Shown here: one piece after another, positions 50,079 to 59,944 of the stretch
Position numbering within the stretch: the first letter of the stretch is position 1
How the letters are laid out: the number at the start of each line of letters is the position of its first letter
Origin: Giardia intestinalis
Lineage: Eukaryota
Direction: 5' to 3' (one strand)
DNA: 64,000 nt
Assembly: GCA_000002435.2 (NCBI GenBank)
Contig: CM018790.1
The notes under the pieces: model-generated
Databases searched by the model: none
Seen by the model: the letters and a program-made list of their open reading frames with translations, nothing else
Told to the model about the DNA's origin: nothing
Made by a program: the position numbers and the translations under genes

Positions 50079-50768
50079 GTGTTGACCGGGAATAATTTTC
50101 GGATGCTCTTTCGACAGCAGCAACAGCTCCCTTTGACGACTCAGAACCAATGGATTATAAACTATCAAAGGGGGGATATACAGTATGCCGTAGCTCGCGC
50201 CCTTGCGATGTTCTTAAGCACCGGTCTTTTCGCAAATGGATACGATTGGCCTGAAGAGAAGGCCCGGAGAGAGCAGCTCCAGGCCCTGGTTGATCAGATG
50301 GATGCGTTCCTCGGGTATATTTCCGATGCAATCCACTTCACTGATACGGAGCTAGTTTATGCCCTGGTCCTCTTGTCGCGGATCCACGTGCGAGGCGACT
50401 CCTGTGTTAGTGTGTTTACCGTACGGCGGTTTTTACTGGTATGTCTTCACATTTCTATTCAGATGACTCGAGACTATGAGCTGACATTCTGGCGGTGGCC
50501 CGAGCTTCTCTCCAATCTAGATCTCGCAGCGTACACGGCTATGTACGCTGAAGCCCTGAAGATCCTCGACTGGAATACTCACGTCGTAAGTGAGGAGTTA
50601 GCGACAACGCATGCACATATCTCTTCATTTCTCATTGTGCATGACGAACGGATACAGCGGTACGCGGACCCATACACGCCCTACTTGATGCATCAGTATT
50701 GGCATCCGAATTCGTGCTACTTTTCCCCTATGCCCGTTTACAATTTACCACAGGTCTATATGTGGTAG
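50079..50768 (+). CDS. Cyclin-like protein (Pho80/PCL-type cyclin fold suspected)
   Basis: LVYALVLLSRIHVRG...FTVRRFLLVCLHISIQMTRDYELTFWRW resembles the PHO80-like cyclin box. My confidence in this call is low. Confidence 0.35.
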   Translation: MLTGNNFRMLFRQQQQLPLTTQNQWIINYQRGDIQYAVARALAMFLSTGLFANGYDWPEEKARREQLQALVDQMDAFLGYISDAIHFTDTELVYALVLLSRIHVRGDSCVSVFTVRRFLLVCLHISIQMTRDYELTFWRWPELLSNLDLAAYTAMYAEALKILDWNTHVVSEELATTHAHISSFLIVHDERIQRYADPYTPYLMHQYWHPNSCYFSPMPVYNLPQVYMW

Positions 50769-50788
50769 CCAATAGCATTTCCGCGAAT

Positions 50789-51079
50789 TTATTTATTCGT
50801 GTCGCTTTCCCTGCCCTCTCCCTGCTCCGGGAAGTCTGCAGGGAGAGCCCCGCCTAGTTGTAAATTACAAGGTCTGTATTCGTGCTCAAACATGTACCAT
50901 GCAACGAGGAAGCATATCGAGAGAACTAGGAAGGGAAGCCCCAGGAGCGGCTGGTGGTAGGTGATATATGCTCCCAGCCCGATCAACATCACAGAGGACA
51001 GGTAGACACATCCGATAACCTTTGCGCCAGCACCCTCCTGAAGCCATTTTGGGAGCCCGTCCTCGGGAGAAACTGACAT
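50789..51079 (-). CDS. Small membrane protein (96 aa, two predicted transmembrane helices)
   Basis: The hydrophobic stretches are VIGCVYLSSVMLIGLGAYI and LGLPFLVLSICFLVAWYMF. The ATG has an AT-rich initiator (aatcaatttaaaATG). Confidence 0.35.
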   Translation of the reverse strand: MSVSPEDGLPKWLQEGAGAKVIGCVYLSSVMLIGLGAYITYHQPLLGLPFLVLSICFLVAWYMFEHEYRPCNLQLGGALPADFPEQGEGRESDTNK

Positions 51080-51157
51080 TTTAAATTGATTCGGAACCAG
51101 CTTGAGGGTCAGAACGATCGCACGCCAAGCCCCGCTCTAATAATTTACTATCTGCGG

Positions 51158-53884
51158 CTACTTCCGATGCTTTTCTGTCGTGGTGGCGGCGAGCTCGCCC
51201 ATCTCCCTGACAAGGTCAAGAATCTCTGTGATTCGAAGCTCGGCCTCGTCAACGCGTTCTCCTGTCTGTTGGAGGCTTGCAGCAACGTTAGAAAGCGTCT
51301 CTGCGGTCCTTATGCGGAAGGATTCAACCATGGCCAACATGTTGTTGCAGGAGAAAACAGTCGTGCGAACCTTTTCATTACACTCTTCCTGAGTATTAGT
51401 GAGCTCTTGGGTGGTTACCTCGCGCTTCTTGGCCAACTCGGCCAATTCTTGATCTAGATTTTTGATCTGAAGATTCAGATCGACCTTCCTTTTAGAAAGA
51501 TCGCGTATCTGCCCGAGGACGGCCATCGCTTTTTCGTTTTTCGCATCTTGTTCATAGTTTTTAGCAGCCTCGAAATTAGAATACCGGGCCGCGACAATGT
51601 CGCACTGATCCTTCCACTTTTTGTTCTTGGTCTCCAAGCTAGCTATTTCTGCTTGAATCGCAACATCCTCTTTTTCTGCTGCCTTCTGCTTTTTTTCAAT
51701 ATCCTTTTGGGCGAGATTAAGTAGATGGATCAGCTGGCCACAGGTCATACTTAGCCCCGTACAGAGATCAGAAAACTTGCGCGGCTCTCCTGTTTGGTTC
51801 GCACTTCTTACGTTACACATCTGCTCGATAGCATTAACTGTTCCATTTCTGTCCAATGGAACAACGATGTCAGAGGAACTTGCGTCTGAAAAATTCCTGA
51901 ATACACTCTCGAAACTCTGGATGTCTTTTACGTTATAGATGCCAGAAATTTCCATAAACTTAGCCAAAGTGGGTGACTCTGAGACTTTTTTCTGCAGTGC
52001 AGAGAGCTCAATGGCCAATCCATATGCAGACTGGGAAAGCAAGCTCTTGGAGGAGAGAATCTTTTCCTGCAATTCTACAATTTGTGCTGACTTGTTCTTG
52101 TTGTTCTGATTAATCGCTTCCAGCTTTCCTATATGCATGCTATAGAGATGATGGCTAACATAATCTGTTGCATGCGCCAGCTTCTCCTCTTGTATCTGGG
52201 CCACTTGATTAGCGATGCCACTAATTTTCTCTCGAAGCTCTGTCTTCTGACGCATTAGATCAGCGACCTTCTGCGAAAGAATCTCTTTTTTGTTCTGATT
52301 GCTAAGAAGGCTCAAGGCACCCTCCAATGCCTCCACCCGTTGCGCTAAGAACGTGAAAAATGAGTCTACGGAGTCTGTGCATACGTTATACATGGTATAA
52401 AAGTCCTGCGAACGTGCCACGATGCTTTGTATGGTAAGGTCCATATACTGATCTGTTACTTGTAACTTTCTAAACAGATCCACAAGGGCGGCATCTCTCT
52501 GTGGCGGGTCTATCTTCTCAATTCTTATGATTTCTTCTGTTGGAACAAACTTGGCCTTCTTCAAAAAGTTGAAGATTTGAGTGTGTACGTGTTGATCTGA
52601 GACGTTAGTGTTAGAAATAAACACTAACAGTTCTGTCATTTTACTGCAAAGGACCTCCAGGTGACCCTTTAGCTGAGACTTCAACTCTGTATTCTCGTGG
52701 CTGATTGCATCTAGGCGAGCCATATAGGTCACCTGACAGTCGCTTGCCTTTTGCTGAAACGCTTCTAGCGTCTCGGTAGTGGCGCGAGGCGACATGTTGG
52801 TATATAACGATAAGATCATCCCACTGTAGGGAGGTGTGACCACCAGATTTTTGTCTGGAAACATCTGGAATGCGTAGTCTATCATGTCCTTTACCATACT
52901 ATCATCAAATGTTCCTTCACTGTCTGCTCCCAATAATATTGTCTTATCTTCAATCACTTCTTGTCCATTCTTGTTTAGAGCAGTGGAAGGACCATCGGTG
53001 ATAGGATAAAGCCCCTGTACGTCTTGCAAGGTTTTCCTCTGCTCTGGTGTCAGGTCCGCAATTATCTCATCCCAGACGACTGTGGCGTTGTTGTCTGATC
53101 TCGTGCTCTTTCTGATCTGTATGCGCTCAGAGATAAACTTGTGATAGGCCTTCTTGACGAACTCTAGGTAGTGTATCAAAAGAAGCATCCGCCACGAGTC
53201 TCTCGTAAGAAAAGATATAGCTTTCGGGCCTAAGGTCTTTTTAGCACCACTGTCGAGAATGGTTTGGAGTGTTGCAAGTTCTGTGTTGATATCCTTAAGC
53301 ACATCTGTCGCCCGCTCAAAGGGGTTGGACTTTGGGTTGAAGACTGGGTTGAAAGCATGCAAGAAGGATTTTAGCTGTGCTGATAGGTTGTCATATGGCG
53401 GATTCATTAGAATGTACCACATTGCACCTATAAACTGGATAACGTTGGACCGGATGGTACTTTGCTTATTTTGTTGGTTAGATCCCAAGGGCTGGTTGAT
53501 ATTAAAGCTCTGCAGGATCGCAAGATGGGCTCTAGAAATAAGTTTCAGTCCGCTGATATCGTGTAAGAAGAGGAAGCACTCCACGTAATCATTCATGGTG
53601 TTCCATTGGCCACTCTTTAGTACTTTCCCTTTGGACCTAAGAAATTCCACGATGTCTGTCTGCATAGATACTATCGTTGACTGACTGTCTTGCCGCTCTT
53701 TGCCACGGGTGTTGTGGACCCAGGCGGACTGTCTAACAGAATCACCCCTAACGCTCGTTTGGGGATGAGAGTGCTGCTGAACAACAGTACTTCTGCGATT
53801 TGTGTTGGCTGATTCAGCACGGGGTTGAAAAGATTGGGCCGACACTTGTCGCGTTTGCTGCATGAACGACTGGCGGTTGGACAT
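51158..53884 (-). CDS. Large (908 aa) coiled-coil protein, hypothetical
   Basis: It is an uninterrupted ORF with long heptad-rich segments. The ATG has an AT-rich initiator (tttccaaaaaactATG). Confidence 0.55.
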   Translation of the reverse strand: MSNRQSFMQQTRQVSAQSFQPRAESANTNRRSTVVQQHSHPQTSVRGDSVRQSAWVHNTRGKERQDSQSTIVSMQTDIVEFLRSKGKVLKSGQWNTMNDYVECFLFLHDISGLKLISRAHLAILQSFNINQPLGSNQQNKQSTIRSNVIQFIGAMWYILMNPPYDNLSAQLKSFLHAFNPVFNPKSNPFERATDVLKDINTELATLQTILDSGAKKTLGPKAISFLTRDSWRMLLLIHYLEFVKKAYHKFISERIQIRKSTRSDNNATVVWDEIIADLTPEQRKTLQDVQGLYPITDGPSTALNKNGQEVIEDKTILLGADSEGTFDDSMVKDMIDYAFQMFPDKNLVVTPPYSGMILSLYTNMSPRATTETLEAFQQKASDCQVTYMARLDAISHENTELKSQLKGHLEVLCSKMTELLVFISNTNVSDQHVHTQIFNFLKKAKFVPTEEIIRIEKIDPPQRDAALVDLFRKLQVTDQYMDLTIQSIVARSQDFYTMYNVCTDSVDSFFTFLAQRVEALEGALSLLSNQNKKEILSQKVADLMRQKTELREKISGIANQVAQIQEEKLAHATDYVSHHLYSMHIGKLEAINQNNKNKSAQIVELQEKILSSKSLLSQSAYGLAIELSALQKKVSESPTLAKFMEISGIYNVKDIQSFESVFRNFSDASSSDIVVPLDRNGTVNAIEQMCNVRSANQTGEPRKFSDLCTGLSMTCGQLIHLLNLAQKDIEKKQKAAEKEDVAIQAEIASLETKNKKWKDQCDIVAARYSNFEAAKNYEQDAKNEKAMAVLGQIRDLSKRKVDLNLQIKNLDQELAELAKKREVTTQELTNTQEECNEKVRTTVFSCNNMLAMVESFRIRTAETLSNVAASLQQTGERVDEAELRITEILDLVREMGELAATTTEKHRK

Positions 53885-53905
53885 AGTTTTTTGGAAATCC
53901 CAGCA

Positions 53906-55297
53906 TCACGCCTTGGTTGGTGGAAGTCCAGAAGGTCGAGCTAAGGGAAGGTCGGCGGGCCTACCAGAAGATCTTCCCTTAATAATGCGTTGTCCTTCGG
54001 TCGATGGTGCACGAGTGCCAGTCGGAGAGGTGCTGGTCAGCCAAGCCTGCGTAGAGCTGCGAGTTCCCTTGCCGGCAAGAATGGGAGACGCATCCCGAAC
54101 GTACGCAGTGCGAAGAGATGCTCCAAGACAGGCGAATGCATCATCAGATTGCGAGATACAAGAAGGAACAAGAGCAGATGACGCAGAGGATTCATCATCA
54201 CTCATGCCGGGAATTACCTCAAATGTCCTGGCAGCCTCCACAGTTGGAAAGGTGCGAGAAACCGAAGGCTTATCTGTAAGGGCGTGAGATCCAACGTGCA
54301 TAAGAAGATTTTGCTCTGGAGCAATTACAGACGCAGATGCAAATGTAGACGCAGCACTGAGATTTGCGCGTGACCTGTAGGAGTATGGTTGTGGAAGTGA
54401 TCCCTGTGCAGTAAGTTGTCCAGACCCATATCCAGCAACGGTAGATGGACGCGGATATGCTTTATAAATGTGGCTAGCTGAGCCTGGCCTTTTGCTGGTA
54501 CCAGATGGAACTGCTGGTGGAACGGGTGCCAAGGAGCTAGTTACTGGTTCTGCAGAACTTATGCTTTTTTCCCGTTGTTGTGTCTGCATCGACCCACTAT
54601 CTTTGTCAACGTCTATTGTGCTCGTAAAGGCTTCTATGTCATTGACCTCATTCCCCAAATTCTGAAGCTCGTGTATTTCTGTGCAAGAAAGTTCACACCG
54701 TGGCCCAGATCGCACTGCCATAGAGTTGGCGCTCAAGGATTCGCGTCTGCCATTCTTCACACTGGGCGTAACATCTGGTCTAACATGACTTTGGGGTGTG
54801 TTGATCTTTCGGGCCTTTGGCGTTATATATGTATTGGACGGCTCAGCACTTGATGCTGATTGATATTCAGGACTATTACTTCTGGATTTTGAAATGCGGG
54901 CTAACAGTCTGTTGAACTTCTCAGCAAAGCTGTCAAAGCGTTGCTCTAAAACTGTGATTCTTGCTAACATCTCCTCCTGTTGGCGGAGGACCTTCTGCTC
55001 TACGATCTCTTGCGTTTGTTTTGCTATTTTACTCTTCAGTTTTCGTGGAAGCTCAGTTGAAAGCATCTTGCAATAGGCTGCTACTTTATCTGTAATTTCT
55101 TCTAGAGCAAGCATTCGTCTCTCAAGGGTCAAGTGATCCTTTAGGATAGACTTTCCGTAGCCACTAACAGGCCCCTCCTCGGGGAGAATTGGAGCAAATT
55201 CTGTTAGCATTGGTGCAGGAGGAAGAACATCTGAGTGTGAGGGCTCATATAACTGCGTTGTTGTGAAGAGACCGGTGCGCTCAACCAATTGAGACAT
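53906..55297 (-). CDS. Hypothetical protein (463 aa) with an N-terminal coiled coil and an S/T/P-rich C-terminal half
   Basis: It is an uninterrupted ORF with an AT-rich initiator (accaaattttaaagtATG). Only 21 nt separate it from the downstream gene. Confidence 0.5.
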   Translation of the reverse strand: MSQLVERTGLFTTTQLYEPSHSDVLPPAPMLTEFAPILPEEGPVSGYGKSILKDHLTLERRMLALEEITDKVAAYCKMLSTELPRKLKSKIAKQTQEIVEQKVLRQQEEMLARITVLEQRFDSFAEKFNRLLARISKSRSNSPEYQSASSAEPSNTYITPKARKINTPQSHVRPDVTPSVKNGRRESLSANSMAVRSGPRCELSCTEIHELQNLGNEVNDIEAFTSTIDVDKDSGSMQTQQREKSISSAEPVTSSLAPVPPAVPSGTSKRPGSASHIYKAYPRPSTVAGYGSGQLTAQGSLPQPYSYRSRANLSAASTFASASVIAPEQNLLMHVGSHALTDKPSVSRTFPTVEAARTFEVIPGMSDDESSASSALVPSCISQSDDAFACLGASLRTAYVRDASPILAGKGTRSSTQAWLTSTSPTGTRAPSTEGQRIIKGRSSGRPADLPLARPSGLPPTKA

Positions 55298-55312
55298 ACT
55301 TTAAAATTTGGT

Positions 55313-55975
55313 TCACAAATAATCATCGTAAGGGGAAGCATCGTACGCGCCATCATCCACATCATCATCGTAGCCACACGAGTCAAAGTACTCTTCGTCA
55401 GCGGTAAAGTTGCCCGGGTCGTCAAGGCCGGGCTGCAAGGCAAACTCAACAGAGGCCATAGCTCCAACGGCCTCGCAATTTTGGACATTGTGCCGCAGCT
55501 GTTTCCCTGTACAAGGTGCAGGTGGGATTACCTGGCCGTTGAATCCTGGCAAGAGTGGAAGATTGGCGGTTTGGAGCTCCTGCAACAAAGACCAGTCCCC
55601 ATGTATTGAATAGGCATATCCATCTATGAGCCACCGAGCTACAGCGAAATCTGAGTCGTCCTCAACGTCTGTATTGAAATCTTCTGCCAAAACTTGGATT
55701 AGAAACCCAGCCACCTCTGATTCGCAGGCGTCGCTTCCACATGACTGGAAGAAGGTTACGATCTCTCGGGCCATAGTATCGGCCTTCTCTGAAAACCGAG
55801 AGAATGATATAATGTTGTGTTCATAAATGGCACGGAAGACGTGCCAAGAGGACAAAAGCATGCAGACGTAGCTGTAAAACAACTCCCAGTTCATTGCGTT
55901 ATTACAGCCGCGCGAACTGTACGGACACTCCTGTCTAGGGTACACGATCTGTGAGAGATCTCCGGTGAGAATCAT
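55313..55975 (-). CDS. TSR2: TSR2-like pre-rRNA processing protein (Rps26 escort)
   Basis: AGFLIQVLAEDFNTDVEDDSDFAVARWLIDGY matches yeast Tsr2 (MIDEFETNVEDDSALPIAVEVINIY), and there is an acidic D/Y-rich tail. The start was moved from 56017 to the ATG at 55975 (MILTGD...), which is preceded by ttctttaattaaaacattgtc. Confidence 0.45.
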   Translation of the reverse strand: MILTGDLSQIVYPRQECPYSSRGCNNAMNWELFYSYVCMLLSSWHVFRAIYEHNIISFSRFSEKADTMAREIVTFFQSCGSDACESEVAGFLIQVLAEDFNTDVEDDSDFAVARWLIDGYAYSIHGDWSLLQELQTANLPLLPGFNGQVIPPAPCTGKQLRHNVQNCEAVGAMASVEFALQPGLDDPGNFTADEEYFDSCGYDDDVDDGAYDASPYDDYL

Positions 55976-56084
55976 CCCTCTAAAGCACAAAGACAATGTT
56001 TTAATTAAAGAATCCATTGGTCACTGGCAGTCATTGACGCGACGCGATACGTATTTACTACTAGGAGAGGCAGAGACCCAACGG

Positions 56085-56405
56085 CTAATCCACCTTGACA
56101 ATGTGCATCTTCCTGAGCTGCTGCCTTGAGAGTTTGTTAACCTTGGCATTGGATATCTTCTGCTCGCCGCTCGCTGCCCGTGCGTTCTTTTCACGCCTTT
56201 CACGGTTCTTCTTGCGCTGCTTCCTGGCTGCTTCTTCTCGCTTGGCGTTGGCCTCCTTGAGCTGCCTGTCAAGTTCTCTGGTCTCCTGGAGCTCACGAGT
56301 TAGCTTCATCTTGATAGCCGTTGTCCGGCAGCTCCTCCGAATGGGTTTGACTGGTGTGCGCCAGCTCTGGGACAAAGCTGCGCCCGACACGTGACCATTC
56401 CCCAT
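56085..56405 (-). CDS. Small basic coiled-coil nucleolar-type protein (Cgr1/CCDC86-like?)
   Basis: MGNGHVSGAALSQSWRTPVKPIRR...RELDRQLKEANAKREEAARKQRKKNRERREKNAR. The start is set at the internal ATG at 56405, which has an AT-rich initiator (tttttaaagttattacagATG). The upstream part of the track ORF lacks this. Confidence 0.35.
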   Translation of the reverse strand: MGNGHVSGAALSQSWRTPVKPIRRSCRTTAIKMKLTRELQETRELDRQLKEANAKREEAARKQRKKNRERREKNARAASGEQKISNAKVNKLSRQQLRKMHIVKVD

Positions 56406-56426
56406 CTGTAATAACTTTAAAAAGGA
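56406..56426. promoter_or_regulatory. 21-bp AT-rich bidirectional spacer between the divergent ATGs at 56405 and 56427
   Basis: The sequence is taactttaaaaaggaATG on the plus strand; its reverse complement gives the minus-strand initiator. Confidence 0.35.
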
Positions 56427-56819
56427 ATGCAAATTATAAACCGCGAGCACCCGACCTTGGTGACGAACATCGAGGTCTATCACATACTGCGGCATCGGTA
56501 TTACCGCCAGGCCACTGGCTCTGCAGAAGGTGGCCTCTTTAAGAAGCAGCTGGCTATGGAGCTCCAGATGCATCACTATCTCAAACCGAAAGTCAAGCAT
56601 ATTACCAAGGAAATGCTTATCCGATTATGGAACTACCTAGGACCAGAAAACCATTTTACAGACCTCCACCGCTTCCAGATTCTCAACGACATACCGCAAA
56701 GCCCTGCAGAGCTCTCTGCAATTCTCCAGGACTCTGACTACTTTACTGAGGACCGCATAGAAGAGGCGTTTGCGTACCTCAGTCAGTTCCTGAAATCCCC
56801 TGAGCCCGCTACGCACTAG
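56427..56819 (+). CDS. RNA polymerase Rpb4/RPC9-family subunit (HRDC-like)
   Basis: N-terminal LVTNIEVYHILRH resembles LSNYEVLKFL. The C-terminal FQILNDIPQSPAELSAILQDSDYFTEDRIEEAFAYLSQFL resembles the Rpb4/C17 K.E.LQI.N..P....EL...I.E.EER..EE.....L helix pattern. Confidence 0.4.
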   Translation: MQIINREHPTLVTNIEVYHILRHRYYRQATGSAEGGLFKKQLAMELQMHHYLKPKVKHITKEMLIRLWNYLGPENHFTDLHRFQILNDIPQSPAELSAILQDSDYFTEDRIEEAFAYLSQFLKSPEPATH

Positions 56820-57011
56820 CATTGAAGATAAGGCTAACTCTGCATGGATCCATAAACGTGCATACAGTAGTGATAGGTTTACTCTCTGCTATAAGCAGGC
56901 AACTCCATATAAACTCGAATGAGTAAACTGTCCATGATTGAGTCTGTTCATGGGATGAGCAGCTCGGCGCATGAAGTTAGCTAAAGAACCCCTCTATTAG
57001 GGCAATCGAAA

Positions 57012-58031
57012 TTAAGATCCGTTCTTTTTGGTATAATCCGGCTTCTCGCGTTCGTTGTCCGGAACGGCGTCGAACTGTAAGAAGCAAATTCCGCCACCAC
57101 CATTTGTGTCCACCTCCATCACTGCAGCCAAGTTCTTGCACTTGTAGAAATAGTTAGGACAGCTCCAGCAAGTACAACACTTGTTGTTAAAGAACCACTG
57201 GTAGCCTTGGGGAGCAAGTTGGTGGGCCCTGGTTATGATTTCTACGCCATTATCGGAGTTGAACTTATCTACGGCCTGGGCGCCAAACAAGAATCCGGCT
57301 CCACGCGTGGAAGGCGAGAAGAGTGATACCTTAGTCTCTGGGTCGCTCCAGCAAAGGTCTGTGAAGCTTCCTTCACTAGGTATTTCAATTGATCTCTGAA
57401 TCACGCGAATGGTATCTATCAGAGGGCACTTTGGCGACAGACCGCCGTGAACCCCGAAGATCCTATCGTCCACAACAGCCGAAATGGGAAGGTAGTCAAA
57501 GGAATCAACAAAGAGCTTCCAGACTGCAGAGTGGGAATAGTAACGCTGGCACTGTTCGTAGAAGCCATAGACCTGTGTGATTGACCTGCACTCATGGTTG
57601 CCACGGATAAGGTAGATCTGTGTGGGGTACATAAGCTTTAGAAGATAAAGCAGGGTTATCGTCTCTAAGCTGAAATATCCACGATCGACGTAGTCTCCGA
57701 GGAAGAGGTACTTTTTGGGCGTAGGATGCACTCGCAGGGCCTTGGCGTTAGAACTCATGGAGGTGTTAGGCTTAAGGTTAGCCGGAACCACGGTCGTGTT
57801 TGCCTCCTTCGGAGTTGAATTGTCGATGCGTCCACCAACGTCAAAAAGCTTGACAACGTCGTAGAACTGACCGTGTAGATCACCGCATATGTTGACTGGT
57901 CCGGAAATGTTTAAGACGTTTGGCTCTTGAGCTAGAATGGCCTGAACGCGCCAAACCAACTCTCTGATATCGTCCTCAGCTAGCATTTGGCGCTGCCACG
58001 TCATAGTAAGAAGCTTGGCTGGGTCTATCAT
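57012..58031 (-). CDS. PPP-family Ser/Thr phosphatase catalytic subunit (PP2A/PP4/PP6-like) with a roughly 35-aa insertion in the catalytic core
   Basis: Motifs are GDLHGQ, GDYVDRG, GNHE, HGG, RG and SCPNYFY. The insertion RIDNSTPKEANTTVVPANLKPNTSMSSNAKALRVHPTPKK lies between the first two motifs. Confidence 0.85.
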   Translation of the reverse strand: MIDPAKLLTMTWQRQMLAEDDIRELVWRVQAILAQEPNVLNISGPVNICGDLHGQFYDVVKLFDVGGRIDNSTPKEANTTVVPANLKPNTSMSSNAKALRVHPTPKKYLFLGDYVDRGYFSLETITLLYLLKLMYPTQIYLIRGNHECRSITQVYGFYEQCQRYYSHSAVWKLFVDSFDYLPISAVVDDRIFGVHGGLSPKCPLIDTIRVIQRSIEIPSEGSFTDLCWSDPETKVSLFSPSTRGAGFLFGAQAVDKFNSDNGVEIITRAHQLAPQGYQWFFNNKCCTCWSCPNYFYKCKNLAAVMEVDTNGGGGICFLQFDAVPDNEREKPDYTKKNGS

Positions 58032-58069
58032 CCTTCAAAATTTTGCTGTTTCGAGAATTAAAGTAATTT

Positions 58070-59830
58070 TTGACCCAGGAAGGCATCGGTATCTCGCCAT
58101 ACAATATGGAAGAAGAACTGTTAGACGTTAATAGACAAAACGTGCGTCTGAAGCAATTGCTAGGAGAGGCTCAACGTACATTTGAGTTGATCGACGAACA
58201 GCGCCGTAAAGCAGCGAGTATCATTGAATCACACGAGCAAGTGATGGCCCAAAAGGCTCTTGAAAATAGCCAGCTCCAGGAACGGTTGACAGAGATGGAG
58301 CGCGCCACTCGGTCCATGGCGTCCATTGAACACCAACTGGAATTCAACAAGGCAGAGCTCTCCCGTCTTGCTGCTGAAAATGAGTCACTGAAGCAGGAGC
58401 TCAAAGCCTCTGCTAAAAAGAACACTGACCTCACTCAATACAAATATCAAGCAGCAGCCTTAATGTCTGAATTGGCTGCAGTTAAAAAAGATTTAGAAAC
58501 TACCAATGTGGATGCATCCAGGACTAAGGAAGAGCTATCTGCTACAATAGAGACGAACAAGGAGCTTCGCATGGCACTGAGCTCATCCACAGACCAATTG
58601 ACTGTCCTTTTAGCCCTCTTGCTCGAAAGGAGTGATCAAGCAAAAAGCGGTGGAGATGGTGCTACTGCTAGCTGTGATATTGATGATTCTGATAATCGGA
58701 AGCATCTTTATGACATTCTTAGCTGTCAGTCGACTATTCTGAGTCATTTTGTACTTTTCAGCTCCTCTGCGGGTGCATCTCCTTTGCCAATCTTTCTTCT
58801 AACTTGTACTCTTTTCACCCAGCGGCTCCTTCTTCGGCGATTGTGCGCTTTTATTAACCAGGGAACACTAAGCCTGTCTGACAATTCAGAGCGCCTGAAC
58901 TTCTTATTAAGTTCCTTTGCATTATCGCTTGTGGAAGATTTCATATCAGTTTTTCTCACCCAAGGAGAGAAGTTCTATCTTGCTGCAACCGAGATGCCCA
59001 GTCCTGAAGTATTTAAGGCAGCATTGAGTCTATCGTCGTCATTGCAGGATGCTTGTGGGGACTCACTTGCAGCCCTAGAAGAGGTGATCCTGACCGGCGC
59101 CTTGCCGAGTCACTTACAGCCCAACCTTAGCGCGTCCAGGATTCGCGGGTTTTTTGGTCAGGTACTTCCTGTACTATTTTCCAGTATGGATATATTAACA
59201 GGTGCAGACACAGGTTTGTACGCTTATTCAACTTTCCTCTCTGCACCTTCATTAATTGAAAGGCTTATTTTTGTCGTCACAGCATACATCTATCGCACCG
59301 TCTCATTTGGCTTTCAACAGCCATTTATAACGCTTTCGTCAAGATTCTTCCTCGATGCAATGACTTTGTTGTGCCCTGCTCAGAATGCATTTCTGGATCA
59401 TGCTAGTCAATCGGGGTTCTCAGTTGGCCAAGTGGATTGCTTGCTGGCAGCTTTTTCCGATCAGCTCTCTATCGATCAATCGTCGTCCCTCTTAGATCTC
59501 ATAAGTAAGACTAGAGATTCATTATCTAAAACCCTTAGTAGCGATAGTATGATGGCACAGCAGAAACGAACAAAGGACCAGGCTCATGTAGATATAAAAA
59601 CGTTATTGACCAATATTCAGGCAGAGGCGTCTCAACAGTTCAAAAAGCTAGTCTGTGCGCAGGATGAGCTCAGAGTGGAGCTGGATCACACTCGGACAGA
59701 ATTGGCCAGCCTTCGTGAGGAGCATGCTAAGACCATTGGATTGTTAAGAATAGCAAATGATCGGATATCGGTTGCTGAAGAGACAACTACTGCATTACGA
59801 AATGCGTTATCTGCTCAGCTGATTACTTAA
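58070..59830 (+). CDS. Hypothetical protein (586 aa) with an N-terminal coiled coil
   Basis: It is an uninterrupted ORF with no recognised domain. Confidence 0.5.
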   Translation: MTQEGIGISPYNMEEELLDVNRQNVRLKQLLGEAQRTFELIDEQRRKAASIIESHEQVMAQKALENSQLQERLTEMERATRSMASIEHQLEFNKAELSRLAAENESLKQELKASAKKNTDLTQYKYQAAALMSELAAVKKDLETTNVDASRTKEELSATIETNKELRMALSSSTDQLTVLLALLLERSDQAKSGGDGATASCDIDDSDNRKHLYDILSCQSTILSHFVLFSSSAGASPLPIFLLTCTLFTQRLLLRRLCAFINQGTLSLSDNSERLNFLLSSFALSLVEDFISVFLTQGEKFYLAATEMPSPEVFKAALSLSSSLQDACGDSLAALEEVILTGALPSHLQPNLSASRIRGFFGQVLPVLFSSMDILTGADTGLYAYSTFLSAPSLIERLIFVVTAYIYRTVSFGFQQPFITLSSRFFLDAMTLLCPAQNAFLDHASQSGFSVGQVDCLLAAFSDQLSIDQSSSLLDLISKTRDSLSKTLSSDSMMAQQKRTKDQAHVDIKTLLTNIQAEASQQFKKLVCAQDELRVELDHTRTELASLREEHAKTIGLLRIANDRISVAEETTTALRNALSAQLIT

Positions 59831-59944
59831 TGCTCTGAAGCAATACTTTGATTCGACCAGTAAACACATCGCTACAGCTCGAGAATTTATTATTCTAAAG
59901 AGGACTCCCGGAGTCATTCCCGGAACCGTTCCCTGCGCCGGGTC

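Noticed and set aside
56021-56296. A 91-aa Arg/Ser-rich ORF
   Set aside because: It is an alternative frame of the Lys/Glu/Arg-rich Cgr1-like gene, the composition artefact noted in the findings. It would also leave no room for an initiator before the TSR2-like gene.
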